Assembly (NCBI GenBank): GCA_001004265.1 | Contig: LCQS01000017.1 | Location: forward strand, 2,530-66,529 | DNA: 64,000 bases | Direction of reading: 5' to 3' | Origin: Parcubacteria group bacterium GW2011_GWA2_51_10 | Lineage (GTDB): Bacteria; Patescibacteriota; Minisyncoccia; Phycocordibacterales; UBA2100 | Part shown: positions 19,629 to 28,964 of the stretch, piece after piece | Numbering within the stretch: position 1 is the stretch's first letter | Layout of the letters: every line of letters begins with the position of its first letter | Program-made: the position numbers and the translations under genes | Notes under the pieces: generated by a model | The model's database searches: none | The model's input: the letters and a program-made list of their open reading frames with translations, nothing else | Told to the model about the DNA's origin: nothing

Positions 19629-20006
19629 ATGAAAATCCGCAAAGCGGCCATCAAGGATTGGCCGGCGATAAAGAAACTTCTGTGCGAATTCCCTGATAAG
19701 TTGATGCAGAAGCATTTGCCAAAACCTTCTGCTTTTTTTGTAGCGATTGTAGATGGAAAAATCGTCGGTTGCTGCGCGCTCGACGTATATTCGAAGCGCC
19801 TCGCTGAACTCCGCAGCCTTGCTGTGACAAAGAAATCCCAGGGCCAAGGCATAGCGTCAAAGCTGGTAGCGGTATGCGTGGCTGCCGCGAGAAAAAAGAA
19901 GATCTACGAAGTCCTGGCAATATCCGGTTCAGAAAAATTTTTCGCAAAACACAGCTTCCATACATTCCATCAAGAAAAATACGCCCTCCTCAACATTTTG
20001 GGCTAA
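19629..20006 (+). CDS. GNAT N-acetyltransferase (ArgA-like short form)
   Basis: IVGCCAL..LAELRSLAV..QGQGIASKLV acetyl-CoA motif. Confidence 0.88.
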   Translation: MKIRKAAIKDWPAIKKLLCEFPDKLMQKHLPKPSAFFVAIVDGKIVGCCALDVYSKRLAELRSLAVTKKSQGQGIASKLVAVCVAAARKKKIYEVLAISGSEKFFAKHSFHTFHQEKYALLNILG

Positions 20007-20078
20007 TTGCTCGAACAAAGGCAGCGTGCTTTAATGCCGCCCGGAACCCCCACGTTTTGTGGGCACAAGGAGACAACA

Positions 20079-21304
20079 GTGATAACAAACTACCTGGCAC
20101 AAGAAACGCGCACAACATTCCGATGTATCGGATGCGGCAAAGACACCAGTCTGTTCGCTGAACGGTCCTTCAAATGTGCTGCCTGTGGAAACCTTCTGCA
20201 AGTTCATCATGAATTCCCGCGGCTGTTGCAGGGCGACATTAGTGAGCTGAAAGACGTCTTCGATCAACGCGCGGCGCCGAGACTCGATACTTTCGAAGAA
20301 CCCGACCGCATATCCGGCGTTTGGCGTTTCCGCGAGCTGGTTATGCCCTCGCTCCCGGACGAGCACGTTGTCACGCTCGGCGAAGGGATCGTGCCAATAG
20401 TCTGGGCCGGCCTTCACTTGCGGGACTGGGTGGGAGGCGACCTCGAGCTCTCGCTCATTCTCGAAGGGCAGGGACCTACAGGCTCGTTCAAGGATTTCGG
20501 CGGCACTGTCATGGTGAGCAACGCGAAAGCCGCTGGCAACCGGCGGCATATGGTGCTCGCGTCATCACAGTGCCTGGCGATTTCGACGCCTGCATGCACT
20601 TCCTGAAAGAGCTAGTCGAGAAATGGGGCGTCTATCCCGCCAACAGTATCAATCCGACACGCATCGCGGGCCATCAAGCAACAGTTTTTCTGATTGCCCA
20701 GGCCCGCGGATGGATACTGCCAGACTGGATTGCCGTGCCAGTAGGAAATGGCAGCAACAGTTCGTCGGTCGGAAAGGCGATGCGCACACTGAAAAGACTC
20801 GGCTTCGTCGAACACACGTCGCGCATTCTGGGATGCCAGGCAAGTGCAGCGGCGCCGCTTCACTCGTCGTGGACAAAGATGCTGCTTGCGAACGAGGGTA
20901 CGCCTGATCTTGACCTGTGGTGCAACACCTATCGAGCGGTAGCCGCGCGCGACACAATCGCGAACGCGATTCGAATCGGCGACCCTGTTTCTCGCGAGAA
21001 AGTCATGCGAGAAATCATCTGGTCGATGGGCGCAATGGAAGTGTCGAGCGAGGTCGACCTCATCGCAGGTATGCACGCATGCGCTCGAGACGGCTATCTG
21101 GTGTGCCCGCAGACCGGCGTGGCTCTCGCAGGCATACGGAATGCAGTTCGCAGTGGGGTGATCAAGCCCGGCGCGAATGTTGCCGTCGTTTCGACCGCTA
21201 CAGGACTCAAATTCGCCGGAGCCTACGAAAGCTGTGTGCTTGATCGTACTGAACGCGCAACGTGCGCGAGCGCAGAAGCGGTTGCTGAAGTTCTCTCCCT
21301 CTGA
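20079..21304 (+). pseudogene. thrC: threonine synthase, interrupted by internal deletion/frameshift near 20535
   Basis: N-terminal CxxC pairs, GVWRFREL, TLGEG, PTGSFKD (PLP Lys) in one frame; ANSINP.R, VPVGN, IRIGDP, TATGLKF in another; CASTG segment absent; SD AAGGAG before GTG. Confidence 0.85.
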
Positions 21305-21388
21305 TCCGCAACGGATCTTCGAGCGCGGCCGCGATGCTGCGCTCGTTTTTGTTGGACAGAGGGCATTTTTTGAATACAATGCTGCCTT

Positions 21389-21955
21389 ATGTCCATGTTG
21401 TCATATAACGAAGTTCTGCCGAAAAGAATTATCATTCTCGACGGAGAACCGTATGAGGTTCTCTCTTCATGGGTGTTTCGCAAGCAGCAAAGGAAACCGG
21501 TGAATCAGACGAAGCTTCGCAATTTGAAAACCGGCGGCATGGCGGAACACACCTTCCACGTGTCGGATAAAGCGGAGGAAGCAGAAATCGACGCATCCAC
21601 TGCGAAATTTATCTATGAAAAAAACGGCGAATGGTTCTTCCACGATTCGAAAGATAAATCGAAAAGATTCACGCTCGACAATGATCATGTCGGGGATGCG
21701 GGAAAGTACCTCAAGAGCGACACGGAGGTAGAGGTACGATGGTTCGACGAAAAACCGATACAGGTGAAGATCCCCGTCAAAATGGACCTTACGGTAAAGG
21801 AGGCACCTCCGAATACACGCGGCAACACGGCGCAGGGTGGCAACAAGGTTGTCACGCTCGAAACCGGAGCAACGCTGACTGTGCCGATGTTCGTCGAAGC
21901 CGGCGATACCGTGCGCATCAACACCGAAACGGGAGAATATGTCGAGCGTGTTTAA
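21389..21955 (+). CDS. efp: elongation factor P
   Basis: DGEPY, TKLRNLKTG, PPNTRGNTA, LETGA..VPMFVEAGD..INTETGEY. Confidence 0.96.
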   Translation: MSMLSYNEVLPKRIIILDGEPYEVLSSWVFRKQQRKPVNQTKLRNLKTGGMAEHTFHVSDKAEEAEIDASTAKFIYEKNGEWFFHDSKDKSKRFTLDNDHVGDAGKYLKSDTEVEVRWFDEKPIQVKIPVKMDLTVKEAPPNTRGNTAQGGNKVVTLETGATLTVPMFVEAGDTVRINTETGEYVERV

Positions 21956-21970
21956 TTCCTTCAGCCAAGT

Positions 21971-22099
21971 GAAGAAATTTCTCCTCGCGGAGTCTCTGGA
22001 AGCGCGCGAGATTGGTTCCGCCGAAGGCGGATCGCGCGCTGAAGCTTAAGGACAAATTCCGCTGGAGAATTTGTCCGGGCTCCGCGAGGAGAAATTTTC
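21971..22099 (+). repeat. structured three-way-junction element, family 1 copy A
   Basis: long outer stem plus two inner hairpins; core shared with 40789..40914. Confidence 0.75.
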
Positions 22100-22110
22100 G
22101 AACGCCTTTT

Positions 22111-22311
22111 CTATTTTTGAATGTACGGAAGCAATCCCATAAACCGCGCACGCTTAATAGCCGCCTCGACTCCTCGCTGCTGCTTTGCGGTGAGTCCTGT
22201 TTTCTTGCGGCTGACAATGCGGCCATGCGGGTTCATGAACTGCCGGAGCAAGTCGACATCTTTATAATCGACGAACTGAATATCATTTTGTGTCAAAATA
22301 TTACTACTCAT
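22111..22311 (-). CDS. rpsR: 30S ribosomal protein S18
   Basis: VDYKDVDLLRQF..TGLTAKQQR..AIKRARFMGLLPY. Confidence 0.97.
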   Translation of the reverse strand: MSSNILTQNDIQFVDYKDVDLLRQFMNPHGRIVSRKKTGLTAKQQRGVEAAIKRARFMGLLPYIQK

Positions 22312-22347
22312 ACTTGTGTCTACTTACTACTAACTACTTTCTACTAA

Positions 22348-22797
22348 CTAGAATGGGATATCGTCCGGATTGATATCCTCTTTCGGATACTCGATCCCCC
22401 CTCCTTGAGCTTCTGCAGGTTCAGCCTCTCCGGGGCGGCGGCCGCCTGGGCCTCCGCTTGTCGAAGGGCCTCCTCCTTGCGGCCCGAACTGAACACGATC
22501 CGCAACGACTTCCGTGCGGTAATGTTTCTGCCCGTCTTTTTCCCAATTGCGCGTCTGGAGGCGGCCCTCAACCAATACCGATCTCCCTTTTTTCATATAC
22601 TGCGCGACAGTATCCGCCTGACGTCCAAAAACAACAATATTGTGGAATTCCGTCTGTTCCTGCTTTTTGCCGTCGCGATCTCGGAACACCCGATTCGTCG
22701 CAATCGAAAAGTTCACGACATTCATGCCGGACGGAAGCGCCTTTAATTCCGGGTCACGCGTGAGATTGCCGAAGAGAATGACTTTGTTGATGTACAT
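22348..22797 (-). CDS. ssb: single-stranded DNA-binding protein
   Basis: NKVILFGNLTRDPE, VEGRLQTR, C-terminal DDIPF. Confidence 0.98.
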   Translation of the reverse strand: MYINKVILFGNLTRDPELKALPSGMNVVNFSIATNRVFRDRDGKKQEQTEFHNIVVFGRQADTVAQYMKKGRSVLVEGRLQTRNWEKDGQKHYRTEVVADRVQFGPQGGGPSTSGGPGGRRPGEAEPAEAQGGGIEYPKEDINPDDIPF

Positions 22798-22851
22798 AAC
22801 AGATAGCTTGTAGCTCTCAGCTTATAGTTTGTAGTTGAAAAGGCAAAGTCT

Positions 22852-23430
22852 TTATTCTTCCGTAATTTCTTGAATGGCCTTTTCAAGATCGGCCTCTGAA
22901 ACAGGTGCTGTTGACTCCTCGGAAGGAGCCCGTCGCACTGACGATTTAATCGTATCGGTGCGCTTCACCTCGCGCAGCGTCGGCGCCTTCATACGAGCCC
23001 TCGTGTCTTCCCGCACAGTCTTCCAAATGATAAAACGCATATAGTTCGGATTCTGCTTCAGGCTTTCAGTGAGTGCCCGAACTATTGCTCGTCTTCCTTC
23101 GAATTTGATCCAGCCGAAATAGGCGCGGTCATAATCTACATTCCGCTCGCCTTCGCGCACAGAAATCGAGTATGCGAGCTTCGTCAAGGACGGCGCGCCT
23201 TCCGTGATGAACGAACCCCCTTCCTTTTCAATGACAGCGCGCAGAGCACCCACGATCTTCTCCAGATCCTCCTCTTTTACAGCCGGTGCGATATGATAGC
23301 CGATCTCGTAGATTTGTAGAGTATCATCACTTTCGTTTTTTGATGGAGCAACGTCGAGAAGCGCATCTGCACCTCCCGATACTTCAATCTCCTTTTCTTC
23401 AGATGATGTTTCGTTGGAAACTACTTGCAT
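22852..23430 (-). CDS. rpsF: 30S ribosomal protein S6 with terminal extensions
   Basis: YEIGY..KLAYSI..AYFGWIKF core; rpsF-ssb-rpsR order. Confidence 0.88.
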   Translation of the reverse strand: MQVVSNETSSEEKEIEVSGGADALLDVAPSKNESDDTLQIYEIGYHIAPAVKEEDLEKIVGALRAVIEKEGGSFITEGAPSLTKLAYSISVREGERNVDYDRAYFGWIKFEGRRAIVRALTESLKQNPNYMRFIIWKTVREDTRARMKAPTLREVKRTDTIKSSVRRAPSEESTAPVSEADLEKAIQEITEE

Positions 23431-23484
23431 ATGATTTGTGTAGCGAGCACTTTAACACGCCGCACAGACGCTCGCAAATTCCAG

Positions 23485-24348
23485 CTATATGCCGAACATG
23501 CGCTGGGCATTCGCAAAAATTCGTTCTGCTATTACATCGACGTCTGCCTTTCGAATCCTCGCGATTGCTCGCACAACTTCCGTGACATATAACGGTTCGT
23601 TTCGCTTCCCCCGATGCGGCACGGGAGCGACATATGGCGCATCAGTTTCTGTAAGAAGCATGTCCAAAGGTGTGTTTTGTACGACCTCATCGTAATCATG
23701 CGTGAACGTAAGAACTCCGGTAAATGAGAGTGCGAATCCCAAATCGAGAAATTGCTTTGCAATGTTCCAGTCTCCCGCAAAAAAGTGTACATCTCCCCTT
23801 ACTTTCGCATGTGACATTATTATTTCGAGCGCATCTTCGTATGCATTTCCGCCGCGGCTTATGCTTTGGCGGGCAGACCTGATATGGAGCATGAGCGGCT
23901 TGCTCACTTTGTTGGCTAGCTCAATATGCTGAATGAAAACTTCTCTTTGCACCTTTTGAGACTCCGGCTCCAATCGATAGTAATCGAGCCCGCATTCGCC
24001 TATCGCTATTGTTTTTGGCGAGCGCGCTAATTTTTCATACAGCGCCATGTCAAACACCTCGCCTCGCGATGTAAATCCGCCGGCTGGCGGACTTCCGCTC
24101 TCCCCCAATTCCTGCACGTCATGGTGCGAGCGGCTCGTATGAATCGGGTGCAGGCCGATAGTCGCGTACGCGCCGTCGAACTTTTCCGCGAGCGCTACCG
24201 CCGCCGCCGACGTATCCTTTTGCGTCCCTACGATGTTCATGATGACGCCCGCTTTTCGTGCGCGCTCCATCGTCTCGACACGGTCTCCGTCAAACGCTGC
24301 GAAATTCACATGCGTATGAGCGTCAAAGTATTTCATATAGCTCATCAT
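23485..24348 (-). CDS. tatD: TatD family nuclease
   Basis: DAHTH, GLHP, AIGECGLDY, HFF, ETDAPY. Confidence 0.95.
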   Translation of the reverse strand: MMSYMKYFDAHTHVNFAAFDGDRVETMERARKAGVIMNIVGTQKDTSAAAVALAEKFDGAYATIGLHPIHTSRSHHDVQELGESGSPPAGGFTSRGEVFDMALYEKLARSPKTIAIGECGLDYYRLEPESQKVQREVFIQHIELANKVSKPLMLHIRSARQSISRGGNAYEDALEIIMSHAKVRGDVHFFAGDWNIAKQFLDLGFALSFTGVLTFTHDYDEVVQNTPLDMLLTETDAPYVAPVPHRGKRNEPLYVTEVVRAIARIRKADVDVIAERIFANAQRMFGI

Positions 24349-24390
24349 AATTAAATATCTTTATCCTAATGTTCTTAAGAACATTGGAAC

Positions 24391-25851
24391 TTATTCTTTA
24401 CGGGGAAAAAGAGTCTCGGGTTTCTTATTCGCTTTTATCGCTGCCCTGATCTTACCTGCAGTTTCAGGCATGATCGGTTCGACCATGTTGCATATAGCTG
24501 AAAGCTCATTTACGTAAAGCGCTATCATGGCTTTACCGATAACCGGGTCTGTTTTGACTACGTTAAACGCCTTCTCCTCAGCTAGCTTTCGGTCCAATCG
24601 CTGAACTGCGCTCGAGATAAAATTTGTAGCTTCATGGAATTCGAACGCGTCGAGAGCACGTGCAAAGTAATCAGGAAGCTGCGTGGCGCGATTAGGACTT
24701 GTAACTGTGATACTTACAGCGGAATTAGTTTCAGAAAGCTGCATGATCCGCGATGTTAAATTCCCGAGACCGTTTGCGAGATCGGCATTATAGGCCTCCT
24801 TAAATCGCTCCATAGTGAAATCTGAATCCTCGAAAGGATGGATGTGCCGCGCGAGGAAGTAGCGCACTGCGTCAGCGCCATAATCACCCACGAGTGCAAT
24901 AGGATCGATGACGTTGCCGAGCGATTTGCTCATCTTCTGTCCTCCGACAGTAATGAAGCCGTGGATGACTATCTGCTTTGTTGGAGGAAGACCTGCGGAG
25001 AAAAGCATCGCCTGCCACATGGCCGCCTGCTGGCGTATCTGATCTTTTCCCGCGAGCTGAAGCGCAATTGGATTCTCCACCGTTCCCCAAAACTTCCTAA
25101 AATTTGGCTCGTCGTCTGGCCATCCGAGTGTTGATATGTAATTCACCAAGGCATCAAACCAGACGAACATCACATGCGAGGGATCATCGGGTACGGGGAC
25201 TCCCCAGGGCATCTTCTCTGCGAGACGCGAGATGCTGAAATCTTCCAAACCCCGCTCGACGAATTTTTTTATCTCATTAAACCGAAATGCGGGAACGACA
25301 AAATCTGGCCTATTTTTGTACATTTCCAAAAGTTGCTCGCGATATTTTGAAAAGCGGAAAAAATAATTCTCCTCGTCAATGAGTTCAAGCTCGAGATTCG
25401 GATGCAGAGGACATCTGCCGTTCACCAATTCCGAATCGGTTTTCTCGAGTTCGCAGCCAACGCAGTACTTTATCGTGTAATTCTTTTTATAGATGTCGCC
25501 ATTTGCAAGACATCGTCGCCAGAATTCCTGCGCCGCAGCTTTGTGATGCGGATCAGTTGTCCTTATAAAAACAAGGTTCGGGAACAAGTTCAGAGCTTCT
25601 TTGAGCGCGCGGTATTTGTCCGCGCACTCATCGACATACCGTTGCGTCTCCTTCCCTTCTTCGAGAGCTTTCCGATAAATCTTGAGTCCATGCTCGTCGG
25701 TTCCCGTATTGAAGAAAACTTCATCACCCATCAAAGCTCTGTATCGCGCAAGAATATCCGCTTGAACGATTTCAAGCGCGAATCCGATGTGCGGATCCGC
25801 ATTCACATACGGCAGAGTCGTCGTGATGTAGTACGCTTTCGGCTTCTGCAT
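24391..25851 (-). CDS. metG: methionine--tRNA ligase (short form)
   Basis: YITTTLPYVN..PHIGF, GTDEHG, VWFDALVNY, KMSKSLGN. Confidence 0.97.
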   Translation of the reverse strand: MQKPKAYYITTTLPYVNADPHIGFALEIVQADILARYRALMGDEVFFNTGTDEHGLKIYRKALEEGKETQRYVDECADKYRALKEALNLFPNLVFIRTTDPHHKAAAQEFWRRCLANGDIYKKNYTIKYCVGCELEKTDSELVNGRCPLHPNLELELIDEENYFFRFSKYREQLLEMYKNRPDFVVPAFRFNEIKKFVERGLEDFSISRLAEKMPWGVPVPDDPSHVMFVWFDALVNYISTLGWPDDEPNFRKFWGTVENPIALQLAGKDQIRQQAAMWQAMLFSAGLPPTKQIVIHGFITVGGQKMSKSLGNVIDPIALVGDYGADAVRYFLARHIHPFEDSDFTMERFKEAYNADLANGLGNLTSRIMQLSETNSAVSITVTSPNRATQLPDYFARALDAFEFHEATNFISSAVQRLDRKLAEEKAFNVVKTDPVIGKAMIALYVNELSAICNMVEPIMPETAGKIRAAIKANKKPETLFPRKE

Positions 25852-25856
25852 GGAGG

Positions 25857-26921
25857 CTAGGTCTTGCCGTTCTTTTCAAACGCGCGCCTTTTTTGGAAAT
25901 CTTTTACGAGCTCCTGGATAGTGCCTGCCGCCGGAACAGACAGAAGCACGCCCAAAAATCCGGCGAGCTTTGCCCCGATGATAAGTGCGAGAATCACCAA
26001 AAGCGGCGGAACGCCGACGACACGCGTGACAACCAGCGGGTAGATAAGATGGTTCTCGAATTGCTGCACAATAATGTAGAGCGCGACAGTGAGAAGTCCG
26101 AGCGTCACGCCTCCGTCCACGAGCGCGATCATGACGGCCGGCACCGCCGCGAGTATGGGACCAAATACCGGAATAATTTCGAATACCGCTGCGATAACTG
26201 CCAACGTGAGTGCGTGCTTCACGCCTAAAACCGTGAGACCCAGATACACCAGAACGCCAACGATGACAGCGAGAAGCAGTTGACCCTGCATCCATAGTCC
26301 GATCTTGCGCTGCGAGCGGCGCCACAGATCGAGTGCATATTCTTGATATTTCAGCGGCGTAACAACGCGCAAAAAATCGTCAACCCCTGTTTCAACAAGA
26401 GCGAAATAAAACGAAAAGACCACGATGAGAATGAACGAGAAGACACCGCCGAAAATAGCGCTTGCCGCCTGGAACGCTCCGCCGAATGCGCCGCCGAATC
26501 CGAGCGCACTGCGAATACTCTCCATAATGGTGCTCGCGGAAATATCATTCGGGATCGGCGCTCCCACGATGCGCGCATATTCACTAAATGCGCCAAGCGA
26601 ATTTATCGCATCGAGATATGCCGGCAAAGAAGAGACGAACGTCGACAAATCTTCCAGCACCGACGGCAGAAAGAAATAGAAAATACTGAAAAACGCGGCG
26701 AACATTATAAGGTACACGAGAATCACGGAAATAAGCCGTGGGAGTTTGCGGCGCATGAGCGAACGCACTGCTGGCTCGATTGCGGAGGCGATAACAACGG
26801 CCGTTATCACAATCAAGAGAATGTCGCGAAGGTAAAAAAGAAACCACACGGCAAGCACAAGGAGGATCGTCTTTATGATCGTGCCGAAGGTTATGGAGAT
26901 AGTCTGGGGGCGGTCGTCCAT
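25857..26921 (-). CDS. AI-2E family transporter (PerM-like)
   Basis: multi-TM; IPVFGP, QQFENHLIYP, GFLGVLLSVP motifs. Confidence 0.9.
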   Translation of the reverse strand: MDDRPQTISITFGTIIKTILLVLAVWFLFYLRDILLIVITAVVIASAIEPAVRSLMRRKLPRLISVILVYLIMFAAFFSIFYFFLPSVLEDLSTFVSSLPAYLDAINSLGAFSEYARIVGAPIPNDISASTIMESIRSALGFGGAFGGAFQAASAIFGGVFSFILIVVFSFYFALVETGVDDFLRVVTPLKYQEYALDLWRRSQRKIGLWMQGQLLLAVIVGVLVYLGLTVLGVKHALTLAVIAAVFEIIPVFGPILAAVPAVMIALVDGGVTLGLLTVALYIIVQQFENHLIYPLVVTRVVGVPPLLVILALIIGAKLAGFLGVLLSVPAAGTIQELVKDFQKRRAFEKNGKT

Positions 26922-27013
26922 AGCGACAATCGTAGCATAGTACCAATGTGAGAGCGAAAATAAGCAATAAGCAAAAGGTCCCGCGTGGGGACCTTTTCTG
27001 GGCACGAGGGCGT

Positions 27014-27550
27014 TCACTTTTCGAGCGTGACGAAATAATCACGCCCGTTAAGTCTGTCATTCAACGTCCTGAAAGCCGAGCACCATGAGGCACCGTCGGG
27101 ATACATGAACCGTATCCAGGTTCTCCCATGGGAATCCGCCCACGTAACGTCCGGGAAGTACAGGTTACGCCGCGAGCCGCCGCGCTCCGACTTCTCTCTA
27201 CCCCAGCTCGTTTCGAGACAGATCTCATCGCACGCAATAAGAGCGTCAATCATGTTCGGATGCCCCAATGCGAACGATCGTATCGAACTCAGTGCGGTTA
27301 GCCCGCCCACTCCGCCGCGAGTTATTTGACGCCGGTCGCGATGACGGCGAGCACGCAAATCACCGACAAACATTTCAGCACCGCGCTTTTCGATAATAAC
27401 GTGACCACTTATCGTTTCCGCGTTTGGATTTATCGTCCAGCTCTCATCGAACTGCAGGAGTGGTGCGTCGAGATCGACTTCGACGCAATTACGGCCGAGT
27501 ATGCGTATGCGGCCTAATGCCACAAGCGCAAATTTGTCCATTGTCGCCAT
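27014..27550 (-). CDS. hypothetical protein
   Basis: 178 aa; SD AAGGAG; followed by hairpin aaaaggtccc-gcgt-ggggacctttt. Confidence 0.7.
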   Translation of the reverse strand: MATMDKFALVALGRIRILGRNCVEVDLDAPLLQFDESWTINPNAETISGHVIIEKRGAEMFVGDLRARRHRDRRQITRGGVGGLTALSSIRSFALGHPNMIDALIACDEICLETSWGREKSERGGSRRNLYFPDVTWADSHGRTWIRFMYPDGASWCSAFRTLNDRLNGRDYFVTLEK

Positions 27551-27619
27551 TGCTATCTCCTTGTGCCTCGATGTGCAATCCGAGGATTGGTTTAAGACCC
27601 AACGGCCGCGAATTATAGA

Positions 27620-28918
27620 TTATGCGAATCGTGTTGCCAAATCTGCTATCAAAACTCGTTCCTGCTTCCCCGTATCCCGATCTCGCACAGTGACCGTGTC
27701 ATCTTCGAGCGTCTGGAAGTCGATCGTGATACACGCGGGAGTGCCGATCTCGTCCTGCCGACGATAACGCTTTCCGATGTTGCCGTTGTCGTCCCACATG
27801 ATTTGCGGCACCTCTCTTTTGAGAGAAACGTAGACCTCCCGCGCTTTTGAAACGAGTTCCGGCTTGTTCTTGAGAAGCGGGAAAACCGCAGCAGAAACCG
27901 GCGCTATCTTCGGATTCAATTTCAAGTATACGCGTTTCTCGCCGCCGAGCTCGTCTTCCACGTAGGCAGCGGTAAGAATGGCAAGCACAAGGCGATCAAC
28001 ACCGTAGGACGGTTCAATCACGTGAGGACAGAACTTCTCTCCGCTCTCATCGTTCTGATACGATAGCTCGACGCCTGATTCTTTTGAATGTGCAGAGAGG
28101 TCGAAATCTGTGCGGTATGCAAGGCCAGCAAGCTCTTTGCGTCCAAATGGGAAATCAAATTCGAAATCAATGGTTCGCCGGGAGTAGTGAGCCCGCTCAT
28201 TTTCGGGGACCTCAAGCTCATGAACCAACTCTCTTGGTATGCCTAGCATAGCAATGTATCGATATGTTTCTTGCCTCCATTGCTCAAAATTACTTTCCCA
28301 CTCTTCTGGGCGCACGAAGTATTCCACCTCCATCTGTTCGAATTCGCGCGTGCGAAAGAGAAAATCGCGCGGAGCGATTTCATTTCTAAATGCTTTCCCT
28401 GTCTGGGCAATTCCAAAAGGCAGTCTCGGGTGGAATGAGTCCATTATGTTTTTGAAATTAACGAACATTCCGCCTGCCGTCTCTGGTCGCAAATACACAA
28501 TGGAGGATTCATCCCCTGTCGCACCAATGTGCGTCTTGAACATCATATTAAACTGCCGGAGGGGCCCGAACTCGCCGCCACACTCAGGGCACTTTTTCTC
28601 CACTTGATCGGGACGGTAGCGCCGCTTGCATTTCTTACATTCAACGAGAGGATCGGAAAACCCGCTCACATGCCCGCTCGCTTCCCACACTCTCGGGTTC
28701 ATTAAAATTGCCGCGTCGACGCCATACATATCATCACGCTCTTGTACGAAGAGGCGCCACCAGAGATTCTTGATGTTGTTTTTAAGTTCGATTCCGAGGG
28801 GCCCGTAATCCCACGTACCCGCGAGTCCTCCATAGATTTCACTGCCGGGATAAATAAACCCCCGACGCTTTGCCAGCGACACAATTTTCTCCATTGTTAC
28901 ACCGCTTTCACTCTGCAT
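27620..28918 (-). CDS. glyQS: glycine--tRNA ligase (alpha2 type)
   Basis: KRRGF..EIYGG..DYGPLG, LRPETA, FRNEI..FRTREFEQME, IEPSYGVDR, IGKRYRRQDEIGTP. Confidence 0.97.
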   Translation of the reverse strand: MQSESGVTMEKIVSLAKRRGFIYPGSEIYGGLAGTWDYGPLGIELKNNIKNLWWRLFVQERDDMYGVDAAILMNPRVWEASGHVSGFSDPLVECKKCKRRYRPDQVEKKCPECGGEFGPLRQFNMMFKTHIGATGDESSIVYLRPETAGGMFVNFKNIMDSFHPRLPFGIAQTGKAFRNEIAPRDFLFRTREFEQMEVEYFVRPEEWESNFEQWRQETYRYIAMLGIPRELVHELEVPENERAHYSRRTIDFEFDFPFGRKELAGLAYRTDFDLSAHSKESGVELSYQNDESGEKFCPHVIEPSYGVDRLVLAILTAAYVEDELGGEKRVYLKLNPKIAPVSAAVFPLLKNKPELVSKAREVYVSLKREVPQIMWDDNGNIGKRYRRQDEIGTPACITIDFQTLEDDTVTVRDRDTGKQERVLIADLATRFA

Positions 28919-28964
28919 TGTTTGAGTGTACTACGTTCTACGTACTACGTTCTACTTTCTAGTT

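Noticed and set aside
21971-22099. Hammerhead ribozyme call for the three-way junction
   Set aside because: The junctions are CUGGAAG and GAAGCU, not CUGANGA and GAAA with an NUH site; kept only as an unknown motif.
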